A DNA stretch of 64,000 nt from Prochlorococcus sp. AG-679-M23 (GCA_003208875.1 QCUR01000004.1:1-64000); one strand, 5' to 3'. Positions 8,354 through 19,999 are shown, counted from the first letter of the stretch. Notes: generated by a model from the sequence alone, not told the origin. Made by a program: numbers and translations.

Positions 8354-9540
8354 CGAATACAGAGTGAATTTATTTTAAATTTCTTATTATTAAATTTGCT
8401 AAAAACAAACCATTTAAAATCTCCTAAACAGATTGGGTCAACTAATCTCAACAAGGCTTCTCTTCTAGAAAGAGCTTTTGAGATATCGTCCTTTAGTTCA
8501 TTCTGAATTTCAAAAAGTCGTTCGGCTAAACCAAGTGATAATAATGCCTCTCCTTGTTTGACTATTCCAATAGTTTCAAAACCTAAAGTTTCCGAATCAT
8601 GAATCAAACTTTCAATACAAATGTGAGAAGTTAAATCACAATCCCCTGGAGACTCAAAAATATTTTCAACAATTTTTTGGTTCTTATAGGAAATTAATGT
8701 CCCATTACTATTACTCAATGAATAATATCTTTTAGCTTCTTTGGCATAGTCAATTATTAACAAAATTCCATTATTGATTTTTGCATAAATATCCTTTAAC
8801 CATTTTTTATTATCTATATGCCATTCGGTGGTCCATCCTTCTGGAGCAAATTCAGGAGGGATATTAATATCTAATTTTTCCTGAGCGGAGGCAATACTTT
8901 TTTCTAATTCTTTTGTGATTGCAATTTCTTCAAAAAACAATCTTCCTGATTTCTTATCTATAGAAACTCCTTGCCGATGTATTTTACCTTTTGAATTTAT
9001 TATTCTTTCTACAGGCAAAGCATCTAGTACCTCATTAGCTAATACAACGCCATTTAAACTTCTATCTTCAAAGTCCTCTAGGCTTCTCCATAAAATATCA
9101 AAACCCAATTTTAAATATTTTTTTAATTTCTTTTGCTGTTTTTTTATCATTCCTTTATTTGGCTCAATAATGATAAAACAAACATTTTTTAATATTTTTT
9201 TATCGTTAATAGAGAAATACTCAAGGAGACCACTCATAAGACTGCCGTCTCCTGCTCCAAACTCAATCACTGATAACTTATCATCAAAAATTGATTGATT
9301 TTTCACCTGTATCAACCATTCGTAAATTTGTTTCGATAACAAAAACGCGAAGTCATCTGACATTGAAGGTGAAGTAACAAAATCACCCTTAGAGCCTAAA
9401 TTAGCTCTACCACTTCCATAGTATCCATTATTTATGTCATTCAATACAAAGTCCATATAGTCATAAAAACTTATAGTTCCTCCCTTTTTTATTATTTTTT
9501 TTATTAACCATTCTTGATTATTCGCGGGTTGGCTTTTCAT
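8350..9540 (-). CDS. SAM-dependent methyltransferase, MidA/NDUFAF7 (DUF185) family
   Basis: GYY...[31 protein letters not shown]. Confidence 0.88.
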   Translation of the reverse strand: MKSQPANNQEWLIKKIIKKGGTISFYDYMDFVLNDINNGYYGSGRANLGSKGDFVTSPSMSDDFAFLLSKQIYEWLIQVKNQSIFDDKLSVIEFGAGDGSLMSGLLEYFSINDKKILKNVCFIIIEPNKGMIKKQQKKLKKYLKLGFDILWRSLEDFEDRSLNGVVLANEVLDALPVERIINSKGKIHRQGVSIDKKSGRLFFEEIAITKELEKSIASAQEKLDINIPPEFAPEGWTTEWHIDNKKWLKDIYAKINNGILLIIDYAKEAKRYYSLSNSNGTLISYKNQKIVENIFESPGDCDLTSHICIESLIHDSETLGFETIGIVKQGEALLSLGLAERLFEIQNELKDDISKALSRREALLRLVDPICLGDFKWFVFSKFNNKKFKINSLCIR

Positions 9541-9572
9541 CGGCGAAAATATATAAAGACAAAAATACTTCT

Positions 9573-10370
9573 ATGCATTCAAAGATTAACTATTTCTTAG
9601 GAATAATTCTATCTATAGTAATTTTAATGTTTAATGAACCTTCTTTTGCAATTAATAATCCAAATCTTTTACCTGAAAAAAAAACACCTGTTATTGATTT
9701 AGCTAAGACATTAAGTCCCATTCAGAAAAATTCTTTAGAAGAAAATCTTAATAACTTAGAAAAGGAAAGTGGTTGGAAGATTAAATATTTATCTCAATTC
9801 GAGAGTGTCCCTGGAATTGCAATAAAAGATTATTGGGATTTAGATGAAACAAGTTTATTAATAATTGCAGACCCTAGAGGAGGGAATTTATTAAATTTTA
9901 ATGTTGGTGAAGCCTATTTTGCTTTCATGCCAAGATTATTTTGGGTGGAACTTCAAACAAGATTCGGGAATCAATACTATGTAAAAGATCATGGAGAAGA
10001 TGGAGCAGTGTTAGATGCAATTAATTCAGTAAAAATTTGTCTTGACAGAGGAGGATGCCAAGTTGTTCCTGGATTACCAAAAGAACAATATATATGGACT
10101 TTGTGTACTTCTATTTTAGGAGGACTAGTTGCAGGATTTGCTGCCGCCCCAAGAAAAGAGGGTCAAATCATATCAATTGGATTTTTAGCTCTTCTTTCTC
10201 CTTTATGGGGAATGCTCTTTGGCATTTTTGGTTTAGCACCAATAATTTCTAGAACGAGCGAAATTATACCGTTATTTAAGAACGGACTTGCTTTTGCTGC
10301 CGCAGCAATTGCAGGATACCTTCTATCACAAACCGTATTCTCTAGATATGAGAAACCGAAAAAAAGTTAA
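9573..10370 (+). CDS. TPM-domain membrane protein
   Basis: Signal peptide, VIDLAKTLS, ELQTRFGNQYYV, C-terminal TM helices. Confidence 0.8.
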   Translation: MHSKINYFLGIILSIVILMFNEPSFAINNPNLLPEKKTPVIDLAKTLSPIQKNSLEENLNNLEKESGWKIKYLSQFESVPGIAIKDYWDLDETSLLIIADPRGGNLLNFNVGEAYFAFMPRLFWVELQTRFGNQYYVKDHGEDGAVLDAINSVKICLDRGGCQVVPGLPKEQYIWTLCTSILGGLVAGFAAAPRKEGQIISIGFLALLSPLWGMLFGIFGLAPIISRTSEIIPLFKNGLAFAAAAIAGYLLSQTVFSRYEKPKKS

Positions 10371-10395
10371 TAATTTCCTTCTTATAATCTCTATT

Positions 10396-11229
10396 TCAAA
10401 AAAGAATTTCTTCTTCACATATCTCTCCTAACTCTGAATACCATCTGTGAGAAATATGTGAAATTTCATTATCTACAAACTCAACCCATGAAAAGTTTAC
10501 TAATAATTGGCCGTCTACATTATTTTTATATCTCGGAACTATTGCAGAATTCAAATAAGCTGTACCTTTTTTATCAATTTTGAACATATTTCTCAAACCT
10601 TGATTTCTTTTGAGACGATTATGCATATGCCCAAAAATGACAAGGTCTATTTTTCTTTTTTTTTGTATTTCTGAAATTGCAACAGCTAAATCTCTATCTC
10701 CCCAGTCACAAGAGGGCTCTTTCCAATCTTTACCACAAATACTCGTAGAGTCTGATCCCAAACCTGAAGGACCTGCATGTGACATAAAAATAAGAGGTAA
10801 TTCTCTACTATTTTTTTCTGAACATTTAAGCATTTTATTAACTGACTCTTGTTCGCTTATTGGTCCATAAACAGCTTTAACCTCATTTGAAAGATAATAA
10901 CCACCTCCTGAACTGCAGGGCCTAGCACTTAAAATATTTAATTGATTATTAAATATTTTCAAATCCCAAGCGCAATATTTTTCTTGCAAAATACGAATCT
11001 GTTTTAAAAGAGTCTCTCCTGTTGAGTCTTTACCTCGATCGTGATTTCCCAAAATCACAAAAGTAGGGATTTTTATTAGATTAATTTTCTTTATTATTTT
11101 GATACTACCATCTGAAATATCTCCAATAAATAGAACAATATCTGGTTTTATAAGCGATAAAATCCTAATATCCGCTTCAGACCACTGACCGTGACAGTCC
11201 CCAACAATAGCAATTTTTAAATTTGTCAG
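10396..11229 (-). CDS. Calcineurin-like metallophosphoesterase (TIGR04168-like); probable CTG start
   Basis: Frame extends upstream of the track's GTG to LTNLKIAIVGDCHG...FIGD...GNHD...GHMH, restoring motifs I and II. Confidence 0.85.
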   Translation of the reverse strand: MTNLKIAIVGDCHGQWSEADIRILSLIKPDIVLFIGDISDGSIKIIKKINLIKIPTFVILGNHDRGKDSTGETLLKQIRILQEKYCAWDLKIFNNQLNILSARPCSSGGGYYLSNEVKAVYGPISEQESVNKMLKCSEKNSRELPLIFMSHAGPSGLGSDSTSICGKDWKEPSCDWGDRDLAVAISEIQKKRKIDLVIFGHMHNRLKRNQGLRNMFKIDKKGTAYLNSAIVPRYKNNVDGQLLVNFSWVEFVDNEISHISHRWYSELGEICEEEILF

Positions 11230-11278
11230 AATTTTTTCTATTTAAAGGCATATAATCTATTAAGAGACATTCTAAATC

Positions 11279-12247
11279 CTGACCAGTATAACTTCTACTG
11301 CAAAACAGAAATCTATTCAAAACGAAAAAGATTTGATTTCTGAAATTAAGGAGCTTTGCTTAAAAGCTAATGCGATAATTCTTGCTCATTATTATCAAGC
11401 GCCAGAAATTCAAGATATTGCTGATTTTATTGGAGATTCATTAGACCTCTCTAGGAAAGCCGCAAATAATGATGCAGACATAATAATTTTTTGTGGTGTC
11501 CATTTCATGGCAGAAACAGCCAAAATACTTAGCCCAAACAAAACAGTTTTATTACCTGATATTGATGCAGGTTGTTCTTTGGCTGATGATTGTCCTGCAG
11601 ATGAGTTCCAAAAATTTAGAGAAGAAAATCCAGATCATTATGTTGTTAGTTATATAAACTGTACTGCAGAAGTAAAAGCTCAAAGTGATTTAATTTGCAC
11701 TAGTAGCAATGCTGTTTCATTAGTAGAAAAAATTCCTAAAGATAAAAAAATTATATTTGCACCAGATAAAAATCTTGGTCGATGGGTTCAAAAAAACTCA
11801 GGTAGAAAACTTAAACTTTGGCCAGGAAGCTGTGTAGTTCATGAAACATTTAGTGAAGAGGCTTTATTAAAATTAAAGTACAAACATCCCGATGCAAAAG
11901 TAATAGCTCATCCTGAGTGCAGCCAAAATTTATTAGTACTTTCAGATTTTATTGGTTCAACCAGTAAGTTATTAGATTTCGTTAGTAATGATTATTCTGA
12001 AACTTATATGGTTTTAACTGAACCAGGGATAATACATCAAATGAAAAAGAAAGAACCTAATAAAAATTTTATTGAAGTACCAGATATTGATGGTTGTAAA
12101 TGTAATGAGTGTCCATATATGAAATTGAATACATTAGAAAAAATTTTAGATTGTTTAAAAAACAATTCCCCTTCAATTGAATTAGAACCTGAAATAATTA
12201 AAAAAGCTTACAAACCCATAAAAAGAATGCTGGATATGAGCATCTAA
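11279..12247 (+). CDS. nadA: Quinolinate synthase; start CTG 11279 or TTG 11333
   Basis: ILAHYYQ, IGDSL, FCGVHFMAE, GCSLAD, AHPEC, CPYMK. Confidence 0.95.
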   Translation: MTSITSTAKQKSIQNEKDLISEIKELCLKANAIILAHYYQAPEIQDIADFIGDSLDLSRKAANNDADIIIFCGVHFMAETAKILSPNKTVLLPDIDAGCSLADDCPADEFQKFREENPDHYVVSYINCTAEVKAQSDLICTSSNAVSLVEKIPKDKKIIFAPDKNLGRWVQKNSGRKLKLWPGSCVVHETFSEEALLKLKYKHPDAKVIAHPECSQNLLVLSDFIGSTSKLLDFVSNDYSETYMVLTEPGIIHQMKKKEPNKNFIEVPDIDGCKCNECPYMKLNTLEKILDCLKNNSPSIELEPEIIKKAYKPIKRMLDMSI

Positions 12248-13578
12248 TTTAATGAATAAACGAAATTAATATCATTATTTTTAAAAACAGCTAATAAATT
12301 TGCAGATTTAGGTTCAAACCGACTTACTAATTTAGTTTTTTTAATAATTTTAAGAAGTTCTTTCTCACCGGCTCTATATTGTCTATCTCTTTTAGTACCA
12401 ATTTCTCTTTGAAGAATTGGATTAGAATTCATTTTGACTTCTATATCTGGAGTAATTCCAAACTTATTTATATCTGTTCCATTAGGAGTTAAGTATTTTG
12501 CGACCGTAACTGTTAACCCTGAACCATCCACCAAAGTTCGCATAGACTGAACAAGGCCTTTGCCGAAAGTTTTCTTCCCTACTAATTTACCTCTGTTATT
12601 ATCTCTTATTGCTCCGGAGACTATTTCACTTGCGCTCGCCGAACCTTCATTGACAAGTACAATTAAAGGTTTTTTTGTTAAAGCCTTACCATTACCTCTT
12701 TTTGTTTCTTTCAAACCATCTTTAGATAAGGTGCTTACGATTATGCCTTTATCAATAAATTGACGAGAAATATCAATACTAGATTCTAATAATCCTCCTG
12801 GATTACTTCTTAAATCAAGAATATATCCAGAAACTTTTTTTATTTCTAGATCTTTTAATATATCTTTCATCTCTCTTGATGCATTAGCATTAAACTGTTT
12901 AAGTCTCACGTAACCTATTAATAATCCATCTTTAGTTTCATTGATTTTGCTTGTCACTGATTTTATTTCTATCCTTTCTCTTAATAAAGACTTATAAAAA
13001 GAATTCCCATTTCTTAGGATTTCAAGTTTAACTTTTGTACCTCTTCTGCCCCTTATTAATTTAACTGCATCCTCAATATTCAACCCTTTAGTAGATACAT
13101 TATCGATTGATAAAATCTTATCTCTAGCTTTAATTCCAGCCTCATAAGCAGGAGTTCCCTCTATAGGAGAAATAATTATTATAGAATCAGATTCTTTATC
13201 TTTAGCAATTTGTATACCGACTCCAGTTAATTCTCCTGAAGTATCTATTCTCATTTGATTAAATTCTTTAGGGTCTAGAAATCTTGTATATGGGTCATCT
13301 AAATTTGAAAGCATATCTCTAATGGCATCATAAGCTTCATTATTATCTGAATATTTTTTTGCTAAAAATTCCTTTCTTAAATTAATCCAATTAGATCTCT
13401 CAAATTTCCCACTTGAATCAAGGAAGTCTCTATATACTATTTGCCAAACGTGATCAATAACCTCTTTGTAGTTATTTTCTAAAATTGTCGCCTTTGAATG
13501 ATTACTCACCAATATCCCAGAAAAAGTTGTCACTATTAAAAAGACAAGTTGATTTTTAAATAATTTTTTTATTTTCAA
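12244..13578 (-). CDS. ctpA: Carboxyl-terminal processing protease (S41, PDZ)
   Basis: GVGIQI, DLRSNPGG, SASASEI, KTFGKG; which Ctp paralogue is uncertain. Confidence 0.88.
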   Translation of the reverse strand: MKIKKLFKNQLVFLIVTTFSGILVSNHSKATILENNYKEVIDHVWQIVYRDFLDSSGKFERSNWINLRKEFLAKKYSDNNEAYDAIRDMLSNLDDPYTRFLDPKEFNQMRIDTSGELTGVGIQIAKDKESDSIIIISPIEGTPAYEAGIKARDKILSIDNVSTKGLNIEDAVKLIRGRRGTKVKLEILRNGNSFYKSLLRERIEIKSVTSKINETKDGLLIGYVRLKQFNANASREMKDILKDLEIKKVSGYILDLRSNPGGLLESSIDISRQFIDKGIIVSTLSKDGLKETKRGNGKALTKKPLIVLVNEGSASASEIVSGAIRDNNRGKLVGKKTFGKGLVQSMRTLVDGSGLTVTVAKYLTPNGTDINKFGITPDIEVKMNSNPILQREIGTKRDRQYRAGEKELLKIIKKTKLVSRFEPKSANLLAVFKNNDINFVYSLN

Positions 13579-13634
13579 GGTTCGGGACTAAGCATTAATT
13601 TTTCTATTAATTGAATTATAAATTAAAAATAAGT

Positions 13635-14852
13635 TTAGGGATCAATCCATTTTCCATCATCTTTAATGAGCCGAATTAAAGCATCAACCCCTTCATCCTC
13701 AGGTACTCTTTTTATCTCTTCTTTTCTTCTGTAAAGAGCAATTGTACCTTTACCTTTGCCTACATAACCGTAATCAGCATCTGCCATTTCTCCTGGACCA
13801 TTTACTATACAACCCATTATTGCTATGTCTAAACCAGTCAAATGGGAAGTGGCATTCCTCACTTTATCTACAACCTCCTCTAAATTAAAAAGAGTTCTAC
13901 CACAGCTAGGACAACTTATATATTCAACCATTGTTTTTCGCAATCCTAAAGATTGCAAAATTGAATAGCATACTGGAATTTCCTTCTCAGGAGCTTCAGT
14001 CAGAGAAACTCTGATAGTATCTCCAAGACCTTCGGCAAGAAGTGTTCCTATACCTGCAGTACTCTTAATCCTTCCATAATCACCATCTCCTGCTTCAGTA
14101 ACACCCAAATGCAAAGGGTAGTTATATCCTTCTGCATCTAATCTATCTGCAATCATTCTATATGCAGCTAACATCACTGGTGCTCTTGATGCTTTCATAG
14201 AAATAATGATGTTATGAAAATCAAGTTCATCGCAGATTTTGACGAATTCCATTGCAGATTCTGTCATCCCTAAAGGTGTATCTCCATAAGTAAAAAGCAT
14301 CCTCTCGGATAAAGATCCATGATTAACTCCAATTCTTAAAGCTTTATTCTCCGACTTTAAAACTTCCACAAGTGGAGTAAATCTTTTAAGAATTGTTTTT
14401 TTAATAGTCTCAAACTCAGCGTCAGTATATTCAGTCCTTGCAGGATCTGATTTCTCAAAAACAAATAATCCTGGATTAATTCTTACTTTATCAACATGTT
14501 TTGCTACCTCCATTGCAATTTTCATTCCATTGTGATGAACATCTGCAACTAAGGGGGTATCTATATTATTTTTAATTAATTTTTCTTTAATATCCCCAAC
14601 AGCCTTTGCATGAGCTAAAGAAGGAACAGTTAGTCTTACAATTTCGCATCCAACTTCATGAAGTCTTTTAATTGCTAAATAAGAATTATCCACATCCATT
14701 GTATCTTCATTTATCATCGATTGAACTCTTACTGGATAATCACTACCAATTGCGATATTCCCAACCATTACTGTTCTAGTTATCCTTCTCTCAATATAAG
14801 TTGAATATCTCCTTGAGAGACTATTCACCTCTTTTGATTGAGTAAGTGACAT
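13635..14852 (-). CDS. ispG: 4-hydroxy-3-methylbut-2-en-1-yl diphosphate synthase
   Basis: [37 protein letters not shown]. Confidence 0.97.
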   Translation of the reverse strand: MSLTQSKEVNSLSRRYSTYIERRITRTVMVGNIAIGSDYPVRVQSMINEDTMDVDNSYLAIKRLHEVGCEIVRLTVPSLAHAKAVGDIKEKLIKNNIDTPLVADVHHNGMKIAMEVAKHVDKVRINPGLFVFEKSDPARTEYTDAEFETIKKTILKRFTPLVEVLKSENKALRIGVNHGSLSERMLFTYGDTPLGMTESAMEFVKICDELDFHNIIISMKASRAPVMLAAYRMIADRLDAEGYNYPLHLGVTEAGDGDYGRIKSTAGIGTLLAEGLGDTIRVSLTEAPEKEIPVCYSILQSLGLRKTMVEYISCPSCGRTLFNLEEVVDKVRNATSHLTGLDIAIMGCIVNGPGEMADADYGYVGKGKGTIALYRRKEEIKRVPEDEGVDALIRLIKDDGKWIDP

Positions 14853-14885
14853 TAAATTCTAGAAATTCAAAAAATCTTATTTAAA

Positions 14886-15389
14886 TTATAAAGCATATAG
14901 TTTACTACTAACATTCTTAAGGTCTTTTAAAGTTAGATCATATGGTTTTTCAAACTCTTTTGAAGAGAATCTCAACAAATAAGATGGGTGAAAGATAGTA
15001 ATAATTTCTCTCCCACCTTTTTTAAACCATTTTCCTCTTGTTTTAGAAATTGGATTCTTTATTTCCAAAATAGTTCTCATAGCAGTCGAACCGGTTAAAA
15101 TAATAAATTTTGGATCTACTAGTTTAATTTGCTGCATTAACCATGGTTTATGAATATTTATTTCTTTATTAGTTGGTTTTCTATTGTTTGGAGGACGACA
15201 TTTAATTACATTGCAAAAATATACATCCTTTTGTAAGTTAATTCCTGCTTCTATTAATAGGTGATCCAACAATTTCCCTGATCTACCAACATAAGGCTCT
15301 CCCTCTAAGTCTTCTTGAGCACCAGGTGCTTCCCCAATTATTAATAAATTTGCAAATACATTCCCTCTACTGATGACTAATCTTTTCAA
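14886..15389 (-). CDS. Uracil-DNA glycosylase family 4
   Basis: IGEAPG, VGRSG, NVIKCRPPNNR, HPSY. Confidence 0.9.
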   Translation of the reverse strand: MKRLVISRGNVFANLLIIGEAPGAQEDLEGEPYVGRSGKLLDHLLIEAGINLQKDVYFCNVIKCRPPNNRKPTNKEINIHKPWLMQQIKLVDPKFIILTGSTAMRTILEIKNPISKTRGKWFKKGGREIITIFHPSYLLRFSSKEFEKPYDLTLKDLKNVSSKLYAL

Positions 15390-15620
15390 AGCAAATTTAA
15401 GTTTAAAGCTTATGAATAATATACAAACTAAAAATGATTAAATAATAATAATAAATATATAATTCTTAACTCCATATTTTAATTTTTTATAAAAGACCAT
15501 ACGAAAATAAATTAAATTAAGAAAACGAACCAAAACAAACCAATCTGTGATACTTTTATTTATTCTTAATTTAGTAAAACAAAAATTTTTAAAAGTTATA
15601 TTTTAAGAACTTTAGATCAA

Positions 15621-16802
15621 ATGAGTGAAGTAAATTTATCAAAAAGAGCACTCTCCATTGAGCCTTCACTTACTCTGCAGATAAGTGCTAAAGCTAATCA
15701 ACTCGCAAAAGAGGGAAAAGACATCTGTAATTTAAGTGCTGGAGAACCAGACTTTGATGCTCCCAATGAAATATTAAAAGCAACAAGTGAGGCTATATTT
15801 GATGGATATACAAAATATGGTCCTGCATCAGGGGATTTAGAACTCAGAAAAGCTATTGCTGAAAAACTTCAAACCCAAAACAATTTAAATGTTGAACATG
15901 AAAATATAATGGTAACAAATGGAGCAAAACAGGCAATTTATAATCTTTTCCAGGTTTTATTGAATGATGGGGACGAAGTTATTATACCTGCTCCTTATTG
16001 GTTAAGCTATCCTCAGATGGTTAGATTGGCAGGGGGAAAGCCTGTCTTCCTAAATTCTTCGGCTGAAGATGGATTCAAAATAAATATACAAGATTTGAAA
16101 TCTAAGATATCTCCAAAAACGAAATTTATAATTATTAATTCTCCCAACAATCCAACTGGTAGAGTAATGCCAAAAGAAGAGTTGTTACAAATTGCAGAAG
16201 TAGTAAGAGAAAATAAAAATATTAATATTCTTTCAGATGAAATTTACGAATTAATTCTTAAAAAAGAATTTAAGCATTTAAGTTTAGCTTCACTAGCACC
16301 TGACCTAAAAGAAAGAATTTTTATAATTAATGGTTTTGCTAAAGGTTGGGCAATGACCGGCTGGAGAGTGGGTTATTTAGTAGGACAAAAAGATATTGTT
16401 AAAGCATCATCAGCATTACAAAGTCAAAGTACAAGTAATGTTTGTTCTTTCGTTCAAAGAGGTGCTTTAGAGGCTTTAAAAGTAAACCGAGAATTTTTCT
16501 TAGAAATCAATAGCCATTATGATCTCAGAAGAGAAGTCCTTTATAAAGGACTAAAAAATATCGAAGGACTATTTATATATTCACCTAATGGAGCTTTTTA
16601 TGCATTTCCTAGATTACCTAATAATTCCATGACTTCAGTAGAATTTTGCAAAAGAATTCTTAATGATTATGGTTTAGTTGTGGTGCCTGGAAAACCTTTT
16701 GGTGATGATCAATGTATTAGAATTTCTTGTGCCTCCTCAAAAGAAAAGATTCTTGATGGCTTAAGAAGATTAGAGAAAGGCATTTTAAATTATTACTTTT
16801 AA
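15621..16802 (+). CDS. aspC: Class I PLP aminotransferase (aspartate aminotransferase-like)
   Basis: GEPDF, NSPNNPTG, SDEIY, FAKGWAMTGWRVG. Confidence 0.9.
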   Translation: MSEVNLSKRALSIEPSLTLQISAKANQLAKEGKDICNLSAGEPDFDAPNEILKATSEAIFDGYTKYGPASGDLELRKAIAEKLQTQNNLNVEHENIMVTNGAKQAIYNLFQVLLNDGDEVIIPAPYWLSYPQMVRLAGGKPVFLNSSAEDGFKINIQDLKSKISPKTKFIIINSPNNPTGRVMPKEELLQIAEVVRENKNINILSDEIYELILKKEFKHLSLASLAPDLKERIFIINGFAKGWAMTGWRVGYLVGQKDIVKASSALQSQSTSNVCSFVQRGALEALKVNREFFLEINSHYDLRREVLYKGLKNIEGLFIYSPNGAFYAFPRLPNNSMTSVEFCKRILNDYGLVVVPGKPFGDDQCIRISCASSKEKILDGLRRLEKGILNYYF

Positions 16803-17708
16803 ATGAATAAGATTTGTATTAAAATCAAAAAGATAGTTGCAACATCTACTATTTTTTTTGCAACTCTTTCTTCACCCTTAAATGCAAATCCAAAAGTTTT
16901 AAAAATCGGGGCAATCCCTGATCAAAATCAAGAGGTGTTAGACAAAAGATTTAATTTGTTTGCAAAAGAATTAGCCAAGAATCTAGATGTAAAGGTAAAG
17001 TATATTCCCGTTATTAATTATGTTGCTGCGGTTACTGGATTTAGAACAAATGATTTAGATTTAGTATGGTTTGGCGGTTTATCCGGAGTTCAGGCAAGAT
17101 TACAAACCCCTAATGCAATTGTGATTGCTCAACGAGATATTGATAAAGAATTTAAAAGCGTTTTTATTGTGAATAAGAAAATAAAACTTGATTCAATTTC
17201 CAATAAAAATGGACTTGAAAAGCTCAAGAATTTAAGATTTACTTTTGGTTCTGAAAATTCAACATCTGGAAGATTAATGCCAGAATATTTCCTTAATGAT
17301 GCTGGAATAAAAATAGAAAACTTTAAAGGAAAAAGAGTAGGATTTAGCGGTAGTCATGATGCAACTATCGCTTTAGTTAATAGTGGAGCCTTTGATGCAG
17401 GAGCTTTAAATAAACAAGTGTGGGAAAACAATCTTAAAAATAATCCTAAACGAACAAATAATGTAAATCTTTTTTGGATGACTCCTGATTATGTTGACTA
17501 TCATTGGGTTGCTCAAGGTAATCTTGATAATAGATTTCGAAAAGGTTTTACTAAAGAACTTAAATCTACAATTCTTAATTTAGATATTAAAAATACAGAA
17601 CATAAAAAGATATTAGATATGTTCAACGCAAAAAAATTTATAGAAGCAGAATCTAGTGACTATAAAAATATCGAGGTAATCGCGAGAAAATTAAAAAAAA
17701 TCAGATGA
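16803..17708 (+). CDS. phnD: Phosphonate/phosphite-type ABC substrate-binding protein
   Basis: GAIPD, STSGRLMP, GSHDA; first gene of the SBP-ATPase-permease operon. Confidence 0.85.
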   Translation: MNKICIKIKKIVATSTIFFATLSSPLNANPKVLKIGAIPDQNQEVLDKRFNLFAKELAKNLDVKVKYIPVINYVAAVTGFRTNDLDLVWFGGLSGVQARLQTPNAIVIAQRDIDKEFKSVFIVNKKIKLDSISNKNGLEKLKNLRFTFGSENSTSGRLMPEYFLNDAGIKIENFKGKRVGFSGSHDATIALVNSGAFDAGALNKQVWENNLKNNPKRTNNVNLFWMTPDYVDYHWVAQGNLDNRFRKGFTKELKSTILNLDIKNTEHKKILDMFNAKKFIEAESSDYKNIEVIARKLKKIR

Positions 17709-18442
17709 TTAATCCTCTTCTCGAATTAAAAGGGGTAAGCTATAAAAATAAAAATAATTTCACCTTAAAAAACGTAAGTTTACGAATTAAATCGGGTGAA
17801 AAAATTGCCTTATTAGGCAAAAGTGGCGCGGGTAAAACTACCCTTATATCTATTCTTAACGGAACACTCAAGCCTAACGAAGGTAGAGTCAAATTATTTA
17901 ATACAGAATTTGATAAATTAAACTTATATCAAAAGAGAAAGATATCAACTATCTGGCAGGATTTAAGATTAATAGAAGATCTATCAGCAGAACAAAATGT
18001 TAATTGTGGACTTCTTGGAAAACAAAGTTTCCTATTTGCTTTTAAAAATTTACTAAATATAAGTTCTTTTAATAAAGCTCATCAATATATGCAAGTTTGT
18101 AATCTTAAGAAATCTATTTTTTCCAAAAATATTAGAAAAATATCTGGAGGTCAAAAACAAAGAGTTGCTATTGCAAGATCATTAATTCAAGAGTCAGATA
18201 TCCTCCTCGCTGATGAGCCTTTTAATAATTTAGATCCAAAACTAACTTCTAATATTAAAAATCTATTATTAATTACTAAAAATAAAAATAAAATAAAAGT
18301 TCCGAAAACTACTTTAATTTCTTTGCATAGATTAGATCTATTAGATGATTTTAATAGAATTATTGGAATGAAAAATGGTGAAATATTATTTGATTTAGAG
18401 AAAACTAAATTAAAAAAATATCATTTAAACAAGATTTATTAG
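17705..18442 (+). CDS. phnC: ABC transporter ATP-binding protein
   Basis: GKSGAGKTT, ISGGQKQRVAIAR, LADEP; ATGA-coupled to phnD. Confidence 0.85.
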   Translation: MINPLLELKGVSYKNKNNFTLKNVSLRIKSGEKIALLGKSGAGKTTLISILNGTLKPNEGRVKLFNTEFDKLNLYQKRKISTIWQDLRLIEDLSAEQNVNCGLLGKQSFLFAFKNLLNISSFNKAHQYMQVCNLKKSIFSKNIRKISGGQKQRVAIARSLIQESDILLADEPFNNLDPKLTSNIKNLLLITKNKNKIKVPKTTLISLHRLDLLDDFNRIIGMKNGEILFDLEKTKLKKYHLNKIY

Positions 18443-18446
18443 ATAA

Positions 18447-19949
18447 TTGAATAAATTAAAATTAAATTCTTCTTCAATAACTTTTCTACCAATACTAGTT
18501 TGTATACCTATAGCCTATGAACTATTTATTAATTTTCATATTGGAGGAATTGAATTATTTAAAGAATTTATTATTTCTGCCTTAAATCCAAAAATTAATA
18601 ATGAAATCATTTTCACATTAGTAAAAAGATTAAATGAAACTATTTTTATTGCATTTTTTAGTTGGCTAATAAGTATTATATTTGGGGTTATTTTTGGAAT
18701 ATTATCTTCACAAATTTTTTATAAAATATTAAATTTACCTATATTTTTAAAGAGATTTTTAAATTTATTTTTAACTTTTATAAGATCGATTCATGAAATA
18801 ATTTGGGGACTTATATTAATGCAAATATATGGTATAAATTTTGCGATTGGAATAATAGCTATTTGCATTCCTTATGTTGCTATAAATGCAAAAGTTTTTA
18901 GTGAGCAAATAGAAAATATTAATCTTAAAACTATTGAATCAATTAAACAAATTAATGGTATTAAATCTTCCACTTTAATAACATTAGTTTGGGCTCCAGT
19001 GATAGAAACCTTTAAAAATTTTGGGTTATACCGTTTGGAATGTGCCATAAGAAGTACAGCAGTTTTGGGATTGTTTGGAGTTGGAGGAATAGGCACAAGT
19101 ATATTTTTATCCTTTCAAACTTTGAATTTCCGAGAGCTATGGACTTATCTTTGGGGTTTAGCTTTTTTAATTATTATCTCAAAAGAACTATTAAAAAAAT
19201 TCAACCTCTCTAACACTTCTAAGAATTTTTTGATCTCTTTTGTAATAGCTTTATTTTGTATTAGTTTATTTTCTTTATCTTTCTTTGTCTATTTTATATT
19301 TAATAAGAATGCAATACCTTTTAATTCAATCAACAATCTTTTGATATCAAACTTTAATTTTAATTCATACGATTTTTTAAAGCTATTATTAGAAACATTA
19401 GTTTTATGTCTTTTATCTACTGGAATAGCTATAAGTTTTCCTCCTATTTTTATATTGATTTTAAATAATAAAATAGGAATTACGATTATAAGAATAATCT
19501 CATTTTTATTTCGTTTAATACCACCGCCTGTATTAATTCTAATTCTTTTAATGTTTAATGATCCTTCAATATCTTTAGCCGCAATAACATTAGGATTACA
19601 TAACGCAGCTATAACTAGCAAGTTGCTTTTGGCGAATTTACATAACCAAGATAATAAACAATATATTGCGATGAAATCATTAGGAGTTGCAAAGAGGTCT
19701 AGTTGGCTTTTCGGATTATTTGTTAAACAAGCAAATAGTTACTTAGCATATTGTGCTTATAGATCCGACATCATAATTAGAGAAACAGCCATTCTGGGAG
19801 TAATTGGTAGTGTTGGTTTAGGTTGGCTACTTCAAGAATCATTGAGTTCATTTGCATGGGAAGAAGTTATAGTGATTTTGTTTGCTTATAGCTCAATTGC
19901 AATAACTGGAGAATTAATAAATGGTAAAATCAAAAGTAATCTAACTTGA
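18447..19949 (+). CDS. phnE: ABC permease, tandem-duplicated PhnE-type
   Basis: Two repeats: YRLECAIRSTAVLGLFGVGGIG and YRSDIIIRETAILGVIGSVGLG. Confidence 0.85.
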   Translation: MNKLKLNSSSITFLPILVCIPIAYELFINFHIGGIELFKEFIISALNPKINNEIIFTLVKRLNETIFIAFFSWLISIIFGVIFGILSSQIFYKILNLPIFLKRFLNLFLTFIRSIHEIIWGLILMQIYGINFAIGIIAICIPYVAINAKVFSEQIENINLKTIESIKQINGIKSSTLITLVWAPVIETFKNFGLYRLECAIRSTAVLGLFGVGGIGTSIFLSFQTLNFRELWTYLWGLAFLIIISKELLKKFNLSNTSKNFLISFVIALFCISLFSLSFFVYFIFNKNAIPFNSINNLLISNFNFNSYDFLKLLLETLVLCLLSTGIAISFPPIFILILNNKIGITIIRIISFLFRLIPPPVLILILLMFNDPSISLAAITLGLHNAAITSKLLLANLHNQDNKQYIAMKSLGVAKRSSWLFGLFVKQANSYLAYCAYRSDIIIRETAILGVIGSVGLGWLLQESLSSFAWEEVIVILFAYSSIAITGELINGKIKSNLT

Positions 19950-19999
19950 TTAGTAATAAAAATCTTCTCAAATCAAGTGAAATGATTTAAAGGAAATTA

